A stretch of 64,000 nt of DNA, from positions 450,062 through 514,061 of the forward strand of contig CANLQH010000002.1 of NCBI GenBank assembly GCA_947493285.1, given 5' to 3'. The notes beneath the pieces were generated by a model, which was not told where the DNA came from, searched no databases, and saw only the letters and a list, made by a program, of their open reading frames with translations. This stretch comes from an uncultured Tenacibaculum sp. GTDB taxonomy: Bacteria > Bacteroidota > Bacteroidia > Flavobacteriales > Flavobacteriaceae. Position numbers and translations under genes: made by a program. Positions 60,112-64,000 of the stretch are shown here, piece by piece (position 1 is the stretch's first letter; every line of letters begins with the position of its first letter).

Positions 60112-61386
60112 ATGAATATTTTAATTTTAGGTTCAGGTGGTAGAGAACACGCCTTTACTAAAAAGCTTTCTGAAAGCACTAAAATCAACAAACTGTTTGT
60201 AGCTCCTGGTAACGCAGGCACTAATGAAATTGCTACAAATCTTACTCTAAGTCCAACAAATTTTTCTCAAGTAAAAGAAGCCGTTTTACAACACAACATA
60301 AACATGGTTGTTGTAGGTCCTGAAGCTCCTTTGGTAGAAGGTGTACATGATTACTTTTTAGCTGACGAAGATTTGAAAAACATTCCTGTAATTGGTCCTA
60401 AAAAAGACGGAGCTTTATTAGAAGGTAGTAAAGATTTTTCGAAGCAGTTTATGATTAAACATAACATACCTACTGCAAAATATCAATCATTTACATCAGC
60501 TACTTTAAACGAAGGAAAGAGCTTCTTGGAAACATTAGAGCCTCCTTTTGTTTTAAAAGCAGATGGTTTAGCTGCCGGTAAAGGTGTTTTAATTTTAAAC
60601 GATTTAGAAGAAGCGAAATCAGAGTTAGAAGAAATGCTTTCGAATCAAAAATTTGGAGAAGCATCGTCTACTGTAGTTATCGAAGAGTTTTTAAAGGGTA
60701 TTGAACTTTCTGTTTTTGTTTTAACTGACGGAAAGAATTATAAAATATTACCTTCTGCCAAAGATTACAAACGTATTGGCGAAGGAGATACTGGTTTAAA
60801 TACAGGCGGAATGGGAGCTATTTCTCCAGTTCCTTTTGCTACTGATAATTTCTTACAAAAAGTAGAAGAATTGGTCGTAAAACCAACTATAGACGGTTTA
60901 CAAAAAGACGGAATAGATTATCGCGGATTTATTTTTATCGGATTAATGAATGATAACGGAAATCCATCAGTAGTTGAATACAATGTTCGTATGGGAGATC
61001 CTGAAACGGAAGTTGTTTTACCTAGAATCGAATCAGATTTAGTAGATTTATTTGAAGGAGTTGCCAACCAAAATTTACACGAAAAATCATATGAGGTTAC
61101 TCCACAAACAGCTACTACAGTAATGTTAGTTTCTGGTGGATATCCTGAAGCGTACGAAAAAGGAAAAGAAATTACTGGTTTTAATGCAGTAGAAGATTCA
61201 ATCATTTTTCATGCGGGAACTATTATAAAAGACGATAAAGTTGTTACCAACGGAGGTCGTGTAATGGCGGTTACTTCTTTTGGAGATTCAATCGAAGAAG
61301 CACTAGAAAAATCATACAAAAGCATCGATAAAATAACCTTTGATAAAATAAATTATCGAAAGGATATTGGATTCGATTTAGTATAA
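60112..61386 (+). CDS. purD: Phosphoribosylamine--glycine ligase
   Basis: GSGGREHA, KADGLAAGKGV, NTGGMGA, EYNVRMGDPE. Confidence 0.98.
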   Translation: MNILILGSGGREHAFTKKLSESTKINKLFVAPGNAGTNEIATNLTLSPTNFSQVKEAVLQHNINMVVVGPEAPLVEGVHDYFLADEDLKNIPVIGPKKDGALLEGSKDFSKQFMIKHNIPTAKYQSFTSATLNEGKSFLETLEPPFVLKADGLAAGKGVLILNDLEEAKSELEEMLSNQKFGEASSTVVIEEFLKGIELSVFVLTDGKNYKILPSAKDYKRIGEGDTGLNTGGMGAISPVPFATDNFLQKVEELVVKPTIDGLQKDGIDYRGFIFIGLMNDNGNPSVVEYNVRMGDPETEVVLPRIESDLVDLFEGVANQNLHEKSYEVTPQTATTVMLVSGGYPEAYEKGKEITGFNAVEDSIIFHAGTIIKDDKVVTNGGRVMAVTSFGDSIEEALEKSYKSIDKITFDKINYRKDIGFDLV

Positions 61387-61456
61387 ATTATAAAAAGTAT
61401 AATTTCGGATATCCTAAGAAAATATCCGAAATTAATTTAACTACTTCCTCTTTTTC

Positions 61457-62314
61457 TCAAAAATACTCTTCTAAAAATATAAAAATTTTATCAAAATGTT
61501 TTAATGGCTCTGTGTGTCCTCCTTTTATTGCAATATGGTCATAGTAATTACTATAATTATTAATTTTTAATCTATTTATCACTTTTTTTGCCATTAAGGT
61601 TGAAGGCCATAATTCATCTTCTGTTGCAGAAATTAATAATACATTAGCATTCATTTTTTCAACAGCAATCATCGCTTTTTCTTCAGCTTGTTCATTTTCA
61701 AGCATGATAGTATATGCTTCTTTCATTTCTCTTTTTAAAACTGAAGGAACAGCTCTCCAAGGCATTGGAATAAAAGGGAGCTCTTTATCTTCAAAACTCC
61801 AAGAAGATGTTGAAGCGTTTATCGTTGTAGAAGGGAAATTAGCATGACTTGGTACAATAGCAACAACTGCATTTATATCATTATAACGACTAGCAAGATT
61901 TAGAACTAACTCTCCCCCTTTAGAACCACCAATAACTGCAATCTTATTATTGTTTATTTTCGGGTTCTTAGCAATTTTAATAATAGAATCGTGTATGGCG
62001 TTTAAAGAAATCCTATCTAAAAATTGAGGTGTATTTTCCATTCCAAAATAACCCACTGCTAAAAAGGCGTAGCCCTTATTAATAAACCTATCTCGTGTAT
62101 CTTTCCAATAATCACTTGCCCAAGCATTACCTCCTTCTCCTCCTCCAAAACCAACAACTAAGGGTTGGTTTTCTGATTTACCTAAATATAATTTAGTATG
62201 TATTTTTCCATGGTTTAGAGATAATGATGGTTTATGAAACTCTAAAAACAAGAATAATCCTATTATTAAAATAGATATAAAAGCAACAGTAATTTTAAGT
62301 ATTTTTCTCAACAT
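61457..62314 (-). CDS. Acyl-CoA thioester hydrolase/BAAT-like alpha/beta hydrolase
   Basis: N-terminal anchor; GGSKGGELVL nucleophile elbow; SATEDELWPS; GGH. Confidence 0.85.
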   Translation of the reverse strand: MLRKILKITVAFISILIIGLFLFLEFHKPSLSLNHGKIHTKLYLGKSENQPLVVGFGGGEGGNAWASDYWKDTRDRFINKGYAFLAVGYFGMENTPQFLDRISLNAIHDSIIKIAKNPKINNNKIAVIGGSKGGELVLNLASRYNDINAVVAIVPSHANFPSTTINASTSSWSFEDKELPFIPMPWRAVPSVLKREMKEAYTIMLENEQAEEKAMIAVEKMNANVLLISATEDELWPSTLMAKKVINRLKINNYSNYYDHIAIKGGHTEPLKHFDKIFIFLEEYF

Positions 62315-62385
62315 AAATTTCTTTTTATTATACATTGCAATGTATGTATAGTTGCAAGAAATAAAAATTGACTTATATCAATTAA

Positions 62386-62949
62386 TTAAATATGCTTCCT
62401 TATCCTACTTAAAGTTTCTGGAGTAATTCCTAAATAGGAAGCAACCATTTTTAAAGGTATTCTGTAATATATACTCTTGTATGTTTTACAAAAGTGATCA
62501 TATTTTTCTTTTGCTGTAGTAAATCGTATAGAAGTGATTCGTTCCATTAAAAGTCCAAAAGAATTACCCATATCCATTCGGGCATATTTTTCCATTTCAG
62601 GGAAATTATCAAAAAGATAAATCAAATCTTTCACTGCTAATATAACAACTTCACAATCCTCTATAACGTCAATAGAGTAATGATCAATTTTTTGCTGCAT
62701 AAAACTTCTTGGGGAATTAATCCATTCTCCCAAACTACAAAAAAACTCACTAATTTCTTTTTCCTCTTTTATAAAATAAAGTCGCAGTATTCCTTTTTCT
62801 ATAAAATAACTATGCTGACAAACTTCATTTGCATAATGGATTATATCTCCTTTTTTAAAAGTTTTTATGGTTGTTCTTTTAGTAAGCTCTGTACGTAACT
62901 CTTTGGATAATTTTATACGCTTAGATATGTTTTCAAATAACTTAATCAT
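62386..62949 (-). CDS. Crp/Fnr-family transcriptional regulator
   Basis: FIEKGILRLY, cNMP-binding fold, IPLKMVASYLGITPETLSRIR. Confidence 0.92.
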   Translation of the reverse strand: MIKLFENISKRIKLSKELRTELTKRTTIKTFKKGDIIHYANEVCQHSYFIEKGILRLYFIKEEKEISEFFCSLGEWINSPRSFMQQKIDHYSIDVIEDCEVVILAVKDLIYLFDNFPEMEKYARMDMGNSFGLLMERITSIRFTTAKEKYDHFCKTYKSIYYRIPLKMVASYLGITPETLSRIRKHI

Positions 62950-62965
62950 TTAATTATAACATCAA

Positions 62966-64000
62966 TTACATCTCTTTTTCTAAAGTAAACGAGAATTCGG
63001 ATCCTTTACCAAAATCACTTTTTAAAAGAATGGTTTCGTTGTGGGCTTCAATGATATGTTTTACAATCGATAAACCTAAACCTGAACCACCTTGTTCGCG
63101 AGAGCGACTCTGATCTACTCTATAAAAACGTTCAAATAAACGAGAAACATGTTCTTGTTTTATCCCTTCACCATCATCAGATACTTTAATGATAAATTTA
63201 TTTGGGTTATACGACTCTATACTTACCGTTGTTGTCCCTCCTACTTTACCATATTTTATAGAATTTACAACTAAGTTGATTAGTACTTGTTCTATTCGTT
63301 CAACATCTCCTTTTACAAAATAAGGAAACTCATAAATACGATCGAAAACCAAATTAATATTTCGCTTTTTAGCTTTCATTTCAAATAAATCGAACACATT
63401 TTGTATCAGCTCTAAGATATTAAATGTTTCGATATTCATTTTCATTCCCTCTGTTTCTAATTTAGCAATCATGTCTAAATCTTTAATGATAGAGGTTAAT
63501 CTTTCTACTCCTTTATTTGCTCGGTTAAGGTATTTTGTTCGTATCTCTTCATCTTCTGCTGCACCTTCAATTAGTGTTAAAATATATCCTTGTACGGTAA
63601 ACAACGGTGTTTTTAATTCGTGTGCTACGTTTCCTAAAAAATCTCTACGAAAAGAATCTCGTTGAGTTAATAAAGCTATTTCTTCACTTTTTCCTTGTAC
63701 GTATTCTTGTACACTCTTGGTTAATGCTTCAATATCTGTTGTTACTTTTTTTCTTTCTAAATCGTTAACATCTAAAATAGAAATGTCTTCGTACAACTTT
63801 TTAACACGTTGATAAATAAAGTATTCCGCTCGATATTGTATGACAAAAAAAGATACCACAAACATTGCTACCCCAAAAACCAGTACAGTACCTACACCTA
63901 ATAAATTAACTAAAAAAAGGTAAGAAAGTAAAGCGATTATAACAGATAACGAGGTAGAATAAAATGCCGACCAAAGTGCATACCTGTATGTTTTTTTTAT
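62966..64000 (-). CDS. PhoR-like sensor histidine kinase, 5'-truncated by the window edge
   Basis: Frame stays open to 64000 (IKKTYRYALWSA...); FLGNVAHELKTPL, NLVVNSIKY, FERFYRVD, GSGLGLSIVKH. Confidence 0.92.
   Translation of the reverse strand: MKKTYRYALWSAFYSTSLSVIIALLSYLFLVNLLGVGTVLVFGVAMFVVSFFVIQYRAEYFIYQRVKKLYEDISILDVNDLERKKVTTDIEALTKSVQEYVQGKSEEIALLTQRDSFRRDFLGNVAHELKTPLFTVQGYILTLIEGAAEDEEIRTKYLNRANKGVERLTSIIKDLDMIAKLETEGMKMNIETFNILELIQNVFDLFEMKAKKRNINLVFDRIYEFPYFVKGDVERIEQVLINLVVNSIKYGKVGGTTTVSIESYNPNKFIIKVSDDGEGIKQEHVSRLFERFYRVDQSRSREQGGSGLGLSIVKHIIEAHNETILLKSDFGKGSEFSFTLEKEM

Noticed and set aside
61405-61414. TCGGATATCC resembling the 52-kb operator
   Set aside because: Single copy forming one arm of the hairpin between convergent purD and hydrolase genes; no partner box or promoter

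Overview
Very AT-rich (roughly 30% GC by eye) chromosomal window from a marine Flavobacteriaceae bacterium, probably Tenacibaculum or a close relative (inferred from gldD/gldE, TAnnTTTG promoters and gene order). Most of it is core genome: asd, trhO, dinB, rplU-rpmA, an M16 peptidase pair, ctaA, gldDE, ssb, mutY, hup, rng, uvrC, a Moco operon, tRNA-Leu(CAA), prs-rplY-pth, queD, mutS, glpK, gcdH, rnpA and purD. It also carries three complete two-component systems plus a partial fourth kinase. The main unexplained signal is non-coding. Both two-component systems with TPR-type periplasmic sensors sit beside tandem arrays of tiny stand-alone transcription units. Each unit has a paired operator at a fixed spacing, a TAnnTTTG-type promoter, a short RNA exposing GGGG(G)A motifs (several in hairpin loops) and an intrinsic terminator. 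There are two units at 12.33-12.69 kb (LytTR-type boxes) and three at 51.97-52.59 kb (GCGGAAATCC boxes). Candidate C-rich partners also lie in the window: a predicted minus-strand sRNA at 4.86-4.94 kb with a CCCC-loop hairpin, and the leader of an unannotated 51-aa peptide gene directly upstream of the second sensor kinase. Together these suggest a peptide/TPR-kinase/G-loop-sRNA circuit. That interpretation is inference from sequence pattern only; no searches or folding programs were run. Several small ORFs missed by the ORF track (including probable ribosomal protein bS22) and an EndoU-like nuclease gene inside the Moco operon are also reported.
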